This document shows, piece by piece, positions 16,278 through 25,825 of a stretch of DNA of 64,000 nucleotides (within the stretch, counting starts at the first letter, position 1; every line of letters starts with the position of its first letter). The stretch spans positions 18,210 to 82,209 of the forward strand of contig JAKBHL010000011.1 in assembly GCA_021836725.1 (NCBI GenBank), read 5' to 3'. The position numbers were made by a program, and so were the translations under genes. Below the pieces are notes generated by a model, which had not been told where the DNA came from, did not search any database, and was given only the letters and a program-made list of their open reading frames with translations. The stretch is from a bacterium (lineage in GTDB: Bacteria > Patescibacteriota > Minisyncoccia > Phycocordibacterales > Phycocordibacteraceae).

Positions 16278-17378
16278 TTATTGATTCATCGGTGAAATGA
16301 GATAGAGGAGGGAAGGGTCGCCGACTCCTTTTATAATGAGCGGGCGCCCGATACCGGCGGCGGTGAGCGAAAGGCTTTCTGTATTTGTGAGCGCAAGCAC
16401 GGCTGAAAGGTAACGGTGGTTAAAAGAGAGATCGAGAGCGCTTCCGGTTATTTGCGCAGAAAGCGTTTCTGCCGATTCTCCGATATCGGTATTGTGTGCA
16501 AAGAAAGAAAAGTGATTTTTTTTAGGATCGAAATTGATGCGTATTTTTTGGAAAGAATCTGAAAAAATAGCCGTTCTTTTTAGCGCGGTTTCAAAATCCC
16601 TCCTAAGAACCATAGCTTCGACGATGGATTCCTTCGGAATAATCTGCCGGTAATCGGGATAGGCGGCGTTTGTAAGCCGTGAGACAATCATCCCGGCCGC
16701 GCTGGTGAATGCGCATTGATGCTCATCAAACACAATGGTAACGTCGCCATCGGGCAGGGCTTGCGCGATTTCTACGGCATTTTTTGCCGGGATGAGGAGT
16801 TTTCCTTGTATCCCTTTATTGCCGAGTGTTATTTTCTTTTCAGCAAGCCGGAATGAGTCCGTTGCGACCGCTATGAGCATCCCTCCTTCCAGGGAAAGGT
16901 AAATGCTTGAGAGTTCAGGGCGTATGGTTGAGTTTGATGCGCAGGAGGCGATCGAGGTGAAAAGGGTGCGGAGGAGGGTTCCGGAAAGGATTATTTTATT
17001 TTTTTGATTTTCAGGAAATGGGATTGAGGGGAAATCGTCGTGGGGTACTGTTTTTACCGAGCTTTTGCCGGTACCGCTTGCAAGAGAGACGATGTCACCA
17101 GTATGTTCGAGTGTTATTTTCCCTTCCTGAGTGAGTGATCCTGCTATTTGTTGCAGAATAGCCGCCGGAATGGCGACAACCCCCTTGCTTTTACATTCTC
17201 CCTCGAGTGTGAGATCGATGCCGGTCTCGAGATTTGTCGCGCGCATTTTTATTCCATCATCTCCGGCGATGATAAGGATAGAAGAGAGGGCGGGGAGAGA
17301 AGCGCTTTTGCGTTCGGCGAATCGAGCGACTTTATACACTGCCTCAATAAATATCTTTTTTTCTATTGAAATATACAT
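16278..17378 (-). CDS. dnaN: DNA polymerase III beta sliding clamp
   Basis: 366 aa in three clamp-like domains, begins MYISIEKKIFIEAVYKVARFAERK, and sits just downstream of dnaA. Confidence 0.9.
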   Translation of the reverse strand: MYISIEKKIFIEAVYKVARFAERKSASLPALSSILIIAGDDGIKMRATNLETGIDLTLEGECKSKGVVAIPAAILQQIAGSLTQEGKITLEHTGDIVSLASGTGKSSVKTVPHDDFPSIPFPENQKNKIILSGTLLRTLFTSIASCASNSTIRPELSSIYLSLEGGMLIAVATDSFRLAEKKITLGNKGIQGKLLIPAKNAVEIAQALPDGDVTIVFDEHQCAFTSAAGMIVSRLTNAAYPDYRQIIPKESIVEAMVLRRDFETALKRTAIFSDSFQKIRINFDPKKNHFSFFAHNTDIGESAETLSAQITGSALDLSFNHRYLSAVLALTNTESLSLTAAGIGRPLIIKGVGDPSLLYLISPMNQ

Positions 17379-17489
17379 ACGACTTTTATTAAGGCTGTTG
17401 ATAAGGGGATAAACGAAAATCAGAACTCAATGACTCGATATTTTTACAACCACGGAACACATAATGTGTGGATAAAGGGAGTGAAAGGT
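17379..17489. promoter_or_regulatory. putative oriC core (dnaA-dnaN spacer with DnaA boxes)
   Basis: AT-rich spacer containing a perfect DnaA box TTATCCACA (minus strand, 17467-17475) and the near-consensus TTATCAACA (17396-17404). Confidence 0.55.
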
Positions 17490-18845
17490 TCATACAAGAA
17501 GCGTACGGATATTTTGAATCTCTTTTGCGAGCTCACTATCCACAACAACTTCACGTTTTATCTTCTCACAAGAGTGGATAACTGTCGTGTGGTCTCTACC
17601 ACCAAGTTTCACACCGATCGTTGGGTATGAAATACTAAAATCTTCACGAAGAATGTACATAATAACCTGACGCGGCCGCACCACCTCTCTCCGCCGCGTC
17701 TTTTCATAGATGCTTTCCTCATCAATGCCGTAAAATTCAGCAACCTTATCCACCACATTCTTTACGGATATATTCTTCTGCGGCCGCGTAAACGAACGCA
17801 GCGACTGACGCACCTCCGCTATATCAGGCGCAAAACCCTTTACTTGAGCATGGCAGATAATGCTGTTTACCATGCCTTCCAATTCCCGTATGGACCCGCT
17901 CATAGAGGTCGCCACATACTCAACAACCTCATCGGAAAGCATCACCCCATGAGAGGCGGCCTTTTTCCGCACTATGGCCATACGCGACTCCGGATCCGGT
18001 TCCCCGATATCGATGGCCATACCGCTCGCTAAACGGCCCTTCAGCCGCTCCGCGACGTCTGGAATGGCCGCCGGAGCCCGGTCTGAGGAGAAGATAATCT
18101 GCTTGTTTGTATCATGAAGCGCATTGAAAAGGTGGAAAAGCTCCTCCTGTGTCCGGTCTTTTTTTGAAAGAAACTGCACATCATCCATGATAAGTAGATC
18201 GTACTGACGATATTTATCCTTGAAGCGATTCGCGGTGCCTGCCTGAACGGAGTCGGTATAATCAACCGCGAATTTCTCCGAAGTAAGGTAGAACACCTTC
18301 CGACCCGGGTATTGTTTCTTAAAATGGTTCCCGATGGCCTGGATAAGATGTGTTTTTCCGCGCCCCGTGTCGCCATAAATGAAGAGTGGGTTATAAGAGA
18401 TGCCTGGGCGCTGCAAGGTCGCCTGCGCAGCGGCATACGCGAGATTATTGAAAGAACCAATAACAAACGTATCAAACGTGTAACGGGGGTTCAGGTTATC
18501 ACTCTTGTTTATGTAAAACTCATCGAGCGGAAGCTCAAGCGCTCCCCGCACGTTCTTGGCCTCCTTTGAGGGCAGTTTACGGCGTTCATCCTTCACAATG
18601 AGATATTCGATATTGCGGAATTCATAGGACACATCCCGCAGGATCTTCAAAAGAAGCGTATGGAACTTCTTCAGATACCAATCCTTGAAGAATTGGCTCG
18701 GCACGCCGATGTACACCACCCCATCCTCGCCTATTTTCACGATAAAACTGTTCCGGAACCACGTATTGAAATTCGCGGGCGATATCGAAAGCTCAACTTG
18801 CGTGAGCACGTATTCCCACAACTCCTTCGGGTTCCCTTTGTCCAT
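17490..18845 (-). CDS. dnaA: chromosomal replication initiator DnaA
   Basis: GDTGRGKTHLIQAIGN Walker A, IDDVQFL, C-terminal DNA-binding domain. Start at MDKGNPKELWEYV... (ATG complement of 18843-18845). Confidence 0.95.
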   Translation of the reverse strand: MDKGNPKELWEYVLTQVELSISPANFNTWFRNSFIVKIGEDGVVYIGVPSQFFKDWYLKKFHTLLLKILRDVSYEFRNIEYLIVKDERRKLPSKEAKNVRGALELPLDEFYINKSDNLNPRYTFDTFVIGSFNNLAYAAAQATLQRPGISYNPLFIYGDTGRGKTHLIQAIGNHFKKQYPGRKVFYLTSEKFAVDYTDSVQAGTANRFKDKYRQYDLLIMDDVQFLSKKDRTQEELFHLFNALHDTNKQIIFSSDRAPAAIPDVAERLKGRLASGMAIDIGEPDPESRMAIVRKKAASHGVMLSDEVVEYVATSMSGSIRELEGMVNSIICHAQVKGFAPDIAEVRQSLRSFTRPQKNISVKNVVDKVAEFYGIDEESIYEKTRRREVVRPRQVIMYILREDFSISYPTIGVKLGGRDHTTVIHSCEKIKREVVVDSELAKEIQNIRTLLV

Positions 18846-18937
18846 GATACCCAAGAGTATACGCTTTTGGAGGCGGAGCGGCACACTGGTGTTTCGGGGA
18901 GAACCTGTTACTATCATGTGCATAACCAAATTTCGAC

Positions 18938-19075
18938 ATGGCCAAACAAACCTATCAACCGAAGAAACGCAAGCGTGCCCGAACCCACGGGTTTCGTGCG
19001 CGTATGAAAACGAGCGCCGGCCGTAAAATAGTGCAGAGCCGCCGCCGCACCGGCCGTACGCGCCTCACGGCCTGA
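18938..19075 (+). CDS. rpmH: 50S ribosomal protein L34
   Basis: [45 protein letters not shown], 45 aa. It is too short for the ORF track but canonical, and sits at the classic position divergent from dnaA. Confidence 0.9.
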   Translation: MAKQTYQPKKRKRARTHGFRARMKTSAGRKIVQSRRRTGRTRLTA

Positions 19076-19082
19076 TTTTTCC

Positions 19083-19394
19083 GTGTTTCCGCGCAAAGAA
19101 CGGCTTGCGCGCGACGCGTTTCCCGCGCTGCTTTCAGGCGGAAAAAGGTTCTCGTCGGCGAACTTCACCGCGCTCGCTTCAAGCGAAGGAAAGGGATACG
19201 CAGTCGTCGTATCGAAAAAGGTTGCGCGGCTCTCGGTCACGCGACACCGCATAAAACGCCGCGTTCTTGAAGCGCTGCGCACCCTCCCCCTCCCCCGATC
19301 CCTGGTCCTTTTCCCAAAATCCGCAACAAATTCTATGAGTTTTCAAGATATCCAAAAAGAGCTGTCCGGTCTCCTTTCAAAAATCCGCCACTAA
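19083..19394 (+). CDS. rnpA: RNase P protein component
   Basis: 103-aa basic protein after rpmH with ...VVVSKKVARLSVTRHRIKRRVLEAL. Confidence 0.8.
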   Translation: MFPRKERLARDAFPALLSGGKRFSSANFTALASSEGKGYAVVVSKKVARLSVTRHRIKRRVLEALRTLPLPRSLVLFPKSATNSMSFQDIQKELSGLLSKIRH

Positions 19395-19408
19395 CGTAGA
19401 ATGAACTT

Positions 19409-20173
19409 GTGATATCGACTTTCTTCCACGCGGTTTTCTACAATCCGATTTACAACGCGCTCGTCGCGCTCGTCGCGCTCGTTCCCGGGTCGAATGTGGG
19501 TGTCGCGGTCATTCTCATCACGATCGTTATCCGGCTCGTGCTCCTTCCCTTCTCGCTTTCGGCAGCCCGCACTCAGCGGGCAATGAAGTTTTTGGAGCCG
19601 AAAATAAAAGATCTGAAAGAGAAGCATAAGGGCGACAAAGAAAAAGAAGCGCTCGAAACCCTCGCGCTCTATCGCGAAGCGCGCGTGAATCCTTTCGCAA
19701 GCATCCTGACGGTCTTTATACAGATCCCCGTTCTCCTCGCGCTCTACTGGGTGTTCCTTTACGAACCGTTTTCAACGATCGATACCGCACGGCTCTACGC
19801 ATTCACCCCCATTCCGCACGCCGTTTCGCTCGAGTTCCTCGGACTCGCTTCGATCGCCGGCAAAAGCATAGTTCTCGCGGCGCTCGCGGGCTTCACCCAG
19901 TTTCTTCAGGCGCATATGGCTCTCTCGGGCACGATGAAACCCTCAGCAACCGGCGGCATGCAGGGGGATTTCCAAAAGGTAATGGGCATGCAGCTCAAGT
20001 ACGTCTTCCCGTTCCTTATCGCAACTATTTCCTACACCACCTCCGCCGCCATCGCCCTTTACTTCATCACGACGAACCTCGCCGGATCATTGCAGGAATG
20101 GCATGTCCGCCGAAAAATCCACGCGGAGTTCGGGCCGCAAAATCCGATTCCCGAAACAGTCTCCGCGGCGTAA
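19409..20173 (+). CDS. yidC: membrane protein insertase YidC (short form)
   Basis: 254-aa polytopic protein with ...IRLVLLPFSL...KFLEPKIKDLKEKHKGDKEK...LYREARVNPFAS (YidC/Oxa1 core). GTG start. Confidence 0.85.
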   Translation: MISTFFHAVFYNPIYNALVALVALVPGSNVGVAVILITIVIRLVLLPFSLSAARTQRAMKFLEPKIKDLKEKHKGDKEKEALETLALYREARVNPFASILTVFIQIPVLLALYWVFLYEPFSTIDTARLYAFTPIPHAVSLEFLGLASIAGKSIVLAALAGFTQFLQAHMALSGTMKPSATGGMQGDFQKVMGMQLKYVFPFLIATISYTTSAAIALYFITTNLAGSLQEWHVRRKIHAEFGPQNPIPETVSAA

Positions 20174-21388
20174 TCAGAGCTTATACGACCACAACGACCC
20201 GTCGTTTTTGTTTATAAAAGCGAGAACGGTGCCGGAAGGATCGATCGCGAGCGCTTCAGCGTCAAGCGGGCTACTCGTCTCTTTCGAGAAATCGAGCACA
20301 AGCTGCGCAAAGCGGCCCGCAACATCTATCTTCCAGATGCGATCGGAGAAGTGCACCGCGCCCTGGTACCAGTCGTCGGGGTATGCGTAATTTTTAGGCG
20401 GGTTCATGGGGATACCGCAATACACTGCGGAATTGTCAGCCGCCCACACGCACTTGTCCGCGATGGTCGCTACGGGGAGCGGCACCACTGCGCCCGTTGC
20501 CACGTTCACAAGCTCCATCTGCATGCCTTGCGGGAGCGTATAGCTTACCAACACCCACTTCCCGGACGGGCTTGCGAGGGCGACAAGGCCGTTCAAGGGC
20601 CCCGCGATGCGCGAAAAGCGTCCGGCGCTATCAACGATGAACGCATCGCCCGGAAGCGTTGCCGAAGGTTTTGTGAACGCAAGATACTGATTCTTCCCCG
20701 CAAAGGAGACGCGGAGCGAGGAGAGCGGCGTGGTGAATATCTCCGAGGAGTGCGTGCCGTCCGTGCGCATGAGCGAGGCGGATGAACCGTTCACTCCGGA
20801 GGCGAGTGCGAGCACGCTTGTCGAGGAAACGGCCAGGTCGGAAAGGTTTTGCGGCAGGAAGAAGCCGTTTCCGTCGTTTGCCGAGAGCGCGTAGGTATTG
20901 ATGGTAGAAAAGTCAGCGCCCGAAAGATAACGCACGAAAGCTAAAGAAGCATTCGGAAGCCACGAGGCCTCCTCGATGCCCGGGAGAGTTTTGTTTGAGG
21001 TGCGGGTGAGCACGCCCGTGCCGATTTGATATGAAAATACATTGCCGCTTTGCCGCTCGATATACGTAACTACGGTATCCGGAGAAGAACTCGCGTTTTT
21101 CGCAGAAATATCCACGACGGCCTCTCCTGGTACGACCGGGCCGGCGCTTATCTTCACTAGCCGCGCAGAAACCACGGTAGGCACGGGCGCACTGGAGGCT
21201 GAGGAAGTCGGTGTTTGACTGGTAGATGTCGGCACCGCTCCCTGCCCTGCCGTGGGCAGATTCGCACTTCCGCTCGGCGCCACTGTCACGCCCGGGGCGT
21301 TTGCGAAGAAATAAAAATACGCGACCACCCCCGCCCCGAGGGCGACTATCACAAGCGCGGCGATGATGAGGTAGCGGCGCATACTCAT
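20174..21388 (-). CDS. membrane-anchored hypothetical protein (possible periplasmic beta-propeller)
   Basis: N-terminal TM (RRYLIIAALVIVALGAGVVAYFYFF), a Ser/Thr-rich linker, and a C-terminal region ending ...DGSLWSYKL. The start could also be 21382. Confidence 0.55.
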   Translation of the reverse strand: MSMRRYLIIAALVIVALGAGVVAYFYFFANAPGVTVAPSGSANLPTAGQGAVPTSTSQTPTSSASSAPVPTVVSARLVKISAGPVVPGEAVVDISAKNASSSPDTVVTYIERQSGNVFSYQIGTGVLTRTSNKTLPGIEEASWLPNASLAFVRYLSGADFSTINTYALSANDGNGFFLPQNLSDLAVSSTSVLALASGVNGSSASLMRTDGTHSSEIFTTPLSSLRVSFAGKNQYLAFTKPSATLPGDAFIVDSAGRFSRIAGPLNGLVALASPSGKWVLVSYTLPQGMQMELVNVATGAVVPLPVATIADKCVWAADNSAVYCGIPMNPPKNYAYPDDWYQGAVHFSDRIWKIDVAGRFAQLVLDFSKETSSPLDAEALAIDPSGTVLAFINKNDGSLWSYKL

Positions 21389-22353
21389 TGGAATGGCGTC
21401 CAACTTGGATTGTCGGCACATTTAGTATCCAAATTACCGTACCAAGAGACGTCTTCGCACGTTAATTTTTCAGGATAACATTTCCAAGATGTTCCATACG
21501 AGGGATCATTTTTTGTCAACTGACAAGGAACTGAAGAATAGGTTATGTGTAGACCAGAAGTCGGGTCATCACTCACGCAAGTTTTGAATCCAACATTTGC
21601 AGCATGGCATATGTTTGCGAAAGCCATAGCGTCAGCTCCATTGTTCGGTCTTGAAGGATAGTGAACCAAGGGCTGTAATATGTTGATTGTGAGTGAAAAG
21701 AAGCTCTGGTCGTATATGAATACATACCCTTGTTTCCCGGTACAAGTTGCCACATATGTCGGTACTCCGTTCGAAGAATTAGTTATGGAAGTGACAGACA
21801 GGTTTCCATCGGTACAATTCTGCTGACCCCATGTTGTGGCCTGATTATTGGTAAAACACTTTGCTATTTGGAGAATGCCGGGCGTACCGTTCACTGAACA
21901 TTGAGACGGTGTTGGACTGGTAGGTCCCGACCCGCTCCCGCCTCCTGCCGGAGCTGTCAGGTTGACCGGCGACATGCCGATGGAGAGGTTCAGGATGCTC
22001 GGATTGATGATGGAGAAAACGAGCACGGGCAACAAGACAAGAACAAGACCGAAAATAGCGTTATATATCCTCCCTTTGCTGTCCAAAATCTTGCTGACAT
22101 TGTCTTTATTCGTCGCTATCTCAAGACCGCCCCAAATGATCATGATGACCGCGAGAACCGCGGCGGCTCCGATGAGGAACTTGTAGAGATTGTTGAGAAA
22201 AGAGGCAATGCCGCCCGAGGTCGCTTGAACGCCCTGAGTGAGGCCGGGGATGCCCGCGAGCGGAACAAATCCCTGATTATTAGTCTGGGCTAGGGCATGA
22301 GGCACAAATGCGAGAAACGCAAAGAAAATCGACATGATCAGTATTTTTTTCAT
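21385..22353 (-). CDS. T4SS-pilin-like (TrbC/VirB2-type) protein fused to a Cys-rich secreted domain; low-GC gene
   Basis: Signal peptide MKKILIMSIFFAFLAFVPHALA, then ...FLNNLYKFLIGAAAVLAVIMIIWGGLEIATN...FGLVLVLLPVLVFSIINPSIL (two TM hairpin typical of conjugative pilins), then a ~200-aa domain with 12 Cys. GC is about 42% against ~60% flanking. Confidence 0.6.
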   Translation of the reverse strand: MKKILIMSIFFAFLAFVPHALAQTNNQGFVPLAGIPGLTQGVQATSGGIASFLNNLYKFLIGAAAVLAVIMIIWGGLEIATNKDNVSKILDSKGRIYNAIFGLVLVLLPVLVFSIINPSILNLSIGMSPVNLTAPAGGGSGSGPTSPTPSQCSVNGTPGILQIAKCFTNNQATTWGQQNCTDGNLSVTSITNSSNGVPTYVATCTGKQGYVFIYDQSFFSLTINILQPLVHYPSRPNNGADAMAFANICHAANVGFKTCVSDDPTSGLHITYSSVPCQLTKNDPSYGTSWKCYPEKLTCEDVSWYGNLDTKCADNPSWTPFQ

Positions 22354-23354
22354 AGGCCGAAGAGATTACCGCCCGTCTGCGCTCCGAAAGAGAGCGAAAG
22401 ATTCGCCGTCGCCTTGATGAAGTCGCCGGAAGAGGCGACGAGCGAGAGCGACGCGCTCCCTCCCCCGCTTCCGGTCGGACGCAGTGTGATGGAGTTCCCC
22501 GTCTGCGCCGCGGCGCCGTTCAAGAACCACTCCAGGGCAGGCGCCGCGGCGCTGGTCGGGAAAGAAAACGGCGCCGCGTAGAGCGAAGCTTCCGTTCCCG
22601 TGATCGCATAACTGTCGGCAAGAGCGTGATCATACAGGATGCCGAGCAAGGGATCATTTTTATAGATGCGCACCACCGGCTCTTCGGCGGTGAGTGAGGA
22701 CGATGCGCCGCCCGTGATGCTACCGCTTGGGTTTTCGACCGCTACCGAGACCGTACTTTCACGGTACTGTAGCGGCGAGGCGACGATGATCGCGTCCTTG
22801 CCGATGCCCGAAGCGCTTGCGATTTGCGTGCCATTGACCGTCCAGGTGTATGAAAGCGTTCCGGGATCGAGCGTTCGTCCGTTTCCGTCCCGCAGATTCG
22901 CTACAGCGACCATTCGCGTACTCCCTTCGAGCGGTACAAGCGGTTTACCGGCGTAAAGCGGCGGGGCCGAGGAGACCGGTTCAGCGATGAGGCTGACATC
23001 CTGGGGACGGATCGAAAGCGTCTGGCTGTATTGTGTTCCGTTTATGGAAATAACCACTTTTACGTTCATGAGAACTCCCGCTCCGCCGAGCGTCACGGCG
23101 ACCGGCTGCACGTTGCCGCGGTACACCTGTGTGCCGCCGGCAAAGACGGCCATCGTCGCGCCGGAAAGATCGAGCGACGAGGAAAGCTCGGACACCGTAA
23201 CTTGGCTATAGGGCGCCGGATACTGCGGACTCACCGATAGCGTAAAGGATTGAGAGGTATTGATATTGAAGGATTGTGCGCTTGCCGCAAAAGGCGCGGA
23301 AAAAGCCAGTATGACAAGAGCACCGAGAAGCGGTCGCAAAGAGTGCGCGGGCAT
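22350..23354 (-). CDS. secreted hypothetical protein (T4SS-module associated)
   Basis: 334-aa ORF with signal peptide MPAHSLRPLLGALVILAFSAPFAASA and a Ser/Thr/Gly-rich body. Confidence 0.55.
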   Translation of the reverse strand: MPAHSLRPLLGALVILAFSAPFAASAQSFNINTSQSFTLSVSPQYPAPYSQVTVSELSSSLDLSGATMAVFAGGTQVYRGNVQPVAVTLGGAGVLMNVKVVISINGTQYSQTLSIRPQDVSLIAEPVSSAPPLYAGKPLVPLEGSTRMVAVANLRDGNGRTLDPGTLSYTWTVNGTQIASASGIGKDAIIVASPLQYRESTVSVAVENPSGSITGGASSSLTAEEPVVRIYKNDPLLGILYDHALADSYAITGTEASLYAAPFSFPTSAAAPALEWFLNGAAAQTGNSITLRPTGSGGGSASLSLVASSGDFIKATANLSLSFGAQTGGNLFGL

Positions 23355-23383
23355 GCCTCCAGTATATCGCGTGTGCGGGGTCG

Positions 23384-24025
23384 TTATGCCGCTTCGCGAG
23401 TGTCGGCGGGGATTTCCTCGCCGCCATAATCCTCGTCATTTGCGGCCTGCTCTTCCTCCGCCGCGCGCATTTGCATGACTTGCATGACCTGCCGCGCCTG
23501 TATTTCCCGTTCTTGCTCTCGCACGGCAGCCTGTTCTTTTTCATACTGTTTCAGAGCCTTCCTTTCTTTCTTTATCTGAGCGTGATACATCTTCCAGGTT
23601 GTAGCGGTCAATACTGGCACCGTACCCACAAGCGGCACCTCGCTTACGCCGAGACTGAACAGCATCCACAGCGCGTTACCCGCATTCTCCTTGAATATGC
23701 GCGCATCGGTGATCACCAGCATGAGTCCGACCGTCATCCATCCGAGGAATCCGACCGCCATGGCCATGACGATCCCGAGCACTTCAATCGCACCGGCGCC
23801 GAAAATACCCGCCGCGCCGCCCACGACCGTCCCCGCGACATGCCCAGCAGTCCCGCCGCCCACAAGCGCGCTTGTCCCGACGCCGATAAAAAGCGGCGCG
23901 AAAAGCCAGAATTGTTCGAACATGAAACGCAGCGCGTCGAAGATGAGACAGACGACGAGGACCGGCACCGCTTTCGCCCAGGTCATCGTCTTGGGCGGCT
24001 GATTACTGTTTCTGCGCGAGGGCAT
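23384..24025 (-). CDS. polytopic membrane protein (VirB6/TrbL-like candidate)
   Basis: 4-5 TM helices, Gly-rich (GGTAGHVAGTVVGGAAGIFGAGAIEVLG), and a charged C-terminal tail. It lies immediately downstream of the VirB4-like ATPase. The start may be at M14 (MTWAKAV). Confidence 0.5.
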   Translation of the reverse strand: MPSRRNSNQPPKTMTWAKAVPVLVVCLIFDALRFMFEQFWLFAPLFIGVGTSALVGGGTAGHVAGTVVGGAAGIFGAGAIEVLGIVMAMAVGFLGWMTVGLMLVITDARIFKENAGNALWMLFSLGVSEVPLVGTVPVLTATTWKMYHAQIKKERKALKQYEKEQAAVREQEREIQARQVMQVMQMRAAEEEQAANDEDYGGEEIPADTREAA

Positions 24026-25823
24026 GGCGTTCCTTCTCCTCTTTCATCGCAAGAAGCTGCGAAGGATCGGACGTGATGATCTGGTCTTCGGTGTAGCTTG
24101 CGACGACTTTTATGGCAACATGCTTCAATCCCGCGAAAAAGAGGCCCTCGCCCACCCCGGCCTCGAGAAGAAGATATTTTTCCTCATCGGTCAGATTGAA
24201 CGTCTCCTGGAGCACCCCGATCGTCGTTGGCGATTGTTTCAACAGCAATTGCAGGGAAGAGTTGGTGAGAATCGGCCTGCCGTACGGGCTCTTGAGGAAG
24301 TCCTCCACATCCTGCGTTATGGTGCAGACGCCAAGGTAATACTTGCGTCCGCGTTTGGCGACGGAATATAGGAAGGAGGCGGTATCTTCGCTCTTCATCA
24401 TCCACCATGCCTCATCAATTACCAGGAGGCGTTTCTTGAGTTCGTGACGCACCGCGTTCCAGATGTAGTGCGTGATGATATACATAGCCGCAGGCTTGAG
24501 CTCGTCCTCCATATCGCGCACCGAAAAGACCGCGAACTGCTGGTTGATATCGATATTGGTCGGCTGGTTGAGGAATCCGGACCACGTGCCACGCGTGTAT
24601 TTTGAAAGCCGCTCCACCAAGGATTCGCTTCCCTCCATGCCGGAGAGCACTTGTTCGAAATCGGACAGAAGCGGCGGCTCGGCGCCGGTGAAATCCGCAT
24701 CGCCTGTGATGTCTTTGAGCGCATACGTCTCGCTGATGGCACGGTCGACGATAGCATCTTCCTCCGGCGACAATCCCGAGAGCATGATGCGGAAAAGTCC
24801 GACGAGCGCGATGATGTTGGAGCGCAGGATGTCTTTTGGGTCCTCGTCTTCTTTGACGGGCGGGAGGTCGAAAGGATTGATATGGTGTTCCGAAGAAAGC
24901 GAGATGTGGAAGGAGCGGCCGCCGGTCGCCTCGGCAAGCTGCTCGTACTCGTGCTCGGGGTCGATGACGATGACGTCGGTGCCGAACATGAGGGAACGGA
25001 GTATCTCGAGCTTCGTCGCGTAGCTCTTCCCGCTTCCGGACTTCGCGAAGATGACCGAATTGTAGTTCTCAAGCGAGAAGCGATCGAAGAGGATGAGCGA
25101 AGAATTGTGCCGGTTGATGCCGTAGAGGATGCCGCGGTCGCTCGTGAGGTCGAAGGAGATGAATGGGAAGATCGAGGAAAGCGGCGAGGAGTTCAGCTTT
25201 GAATTGACGAGGAGCTCGTCGCTGCCGAGCGGCAGGCAGGAACGGAACCCTTGCTCCTGCTGGAAGAGCGCGGGTTTGGTGTAGACAAGCTTCGCATCAA
25301 GAATGCCGCGGATATCGCCCTCGGTCTTATTAATCTCTTCCTTGGAGTCACCATAGAGCGCAAGGTACAGGCCGACATCGAAAAGCTTTTCCTGCGCCTG
25401 CTGGAGGTTGTCGCGCAGATTTTCAAGATCCTGGTATGCGGTATCGAGCAAGGGGTCGCGCACAAGCCCCCTCGCTTCGCGCTCGCTTATCTGGCTTTGC
25501 ACCTCGGCGACTTTTTTCTGGAATCCGCGGAGCGCCTGCGCCGTCTCTATCGGGTGGATGAATATCGATACGTCAAGCACCTTGTCGAGATTGATGACCG
25601 GCGAGAACCAGCTGTCGGAAAGAAACCGCGGGTAGGAGACGGTATAAAAAGCGCGGACGAATTTTTCTCCGAGCTCAAGCTCGCGCGAACCGATCTTGAG
25701 CGCGGTCGGGGCGATGGTGTCGATGAGATTCAAAGAACCTTGCCGGTAAATGTCTCTCGGCAAGACCGGGACTATGGCCGGCGCCTCCTCTTTTTTACGG
25801 TTTAGGAAGTTGAGAAGTGACAT
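24003..25823 (-). CDS. VirB4/TrbE-family type IV secretion ATPase (core and C-terminal part)
   Basis: Walker A FAKSGSGKSYATK, Walker B LLVIDEAWWMMK, plus DUF87-like features, 606 aa. Confidence 0.8.
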   Translation of the reverse strand: MSLLNFLNRKKEEAPAIVPVLPRDIYRQGSLNLIDTIAPTALKIGSRELELGEKFVRAFYTVSYPRFLSDSWFSPVINLDKVLDVSIFIHPIETAQALRGFQKKVAEVQSQISEREARGLVRDPLLDTAYQDLENLRDNLQQAQEKLFDVGLYLALYGDSKEEINKTEGDIRGILDAKLVYTKPALFQQEQGFRSCLPLGSDELLVNSKLNSSPLSSIFPFISFDLTSDRGILYGINRHNSSLILFDRFSLENYNSVIFAKSGSGKSYATKLEILRSLMFGTDVIVIDPEHEYEQLAEATGGRSFHISLSSEHHINPFDLPPVKEDEDPKDILRSNIIALVGLFRIMLSGLSPEEDAIVDRAISETYALKDITGDADFTGAEPPLLSDFEQVLSGMEGSESLVERLSKYTRGTWSGFLNQPTNIDINQQFAVFSVRDMEDELKPAAMYIITHYIWNAVRHELKKRLLVIDEAWWMMKSEDTASFLYSVAKRGRKYYLGVCTITQDVEDFLKSPYGRPILTNSSLQLLLKQSPTTIGVLQETFNLTDEEKYLLLEAGVGEGLFFAGLKHVAIKVVASYTEDQIITSDPSQLLAMKEEKERHALAQKQ

Positions 25824-25825
25824 GG

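Noticed and set aside
18846-18937. Alternative oriC position between dnaA and rpmH
   Set aside because: No DnaA-box-like 9-mers were seen there. The dnaA-dnaN spacer has one perfect and one near-consensus box.
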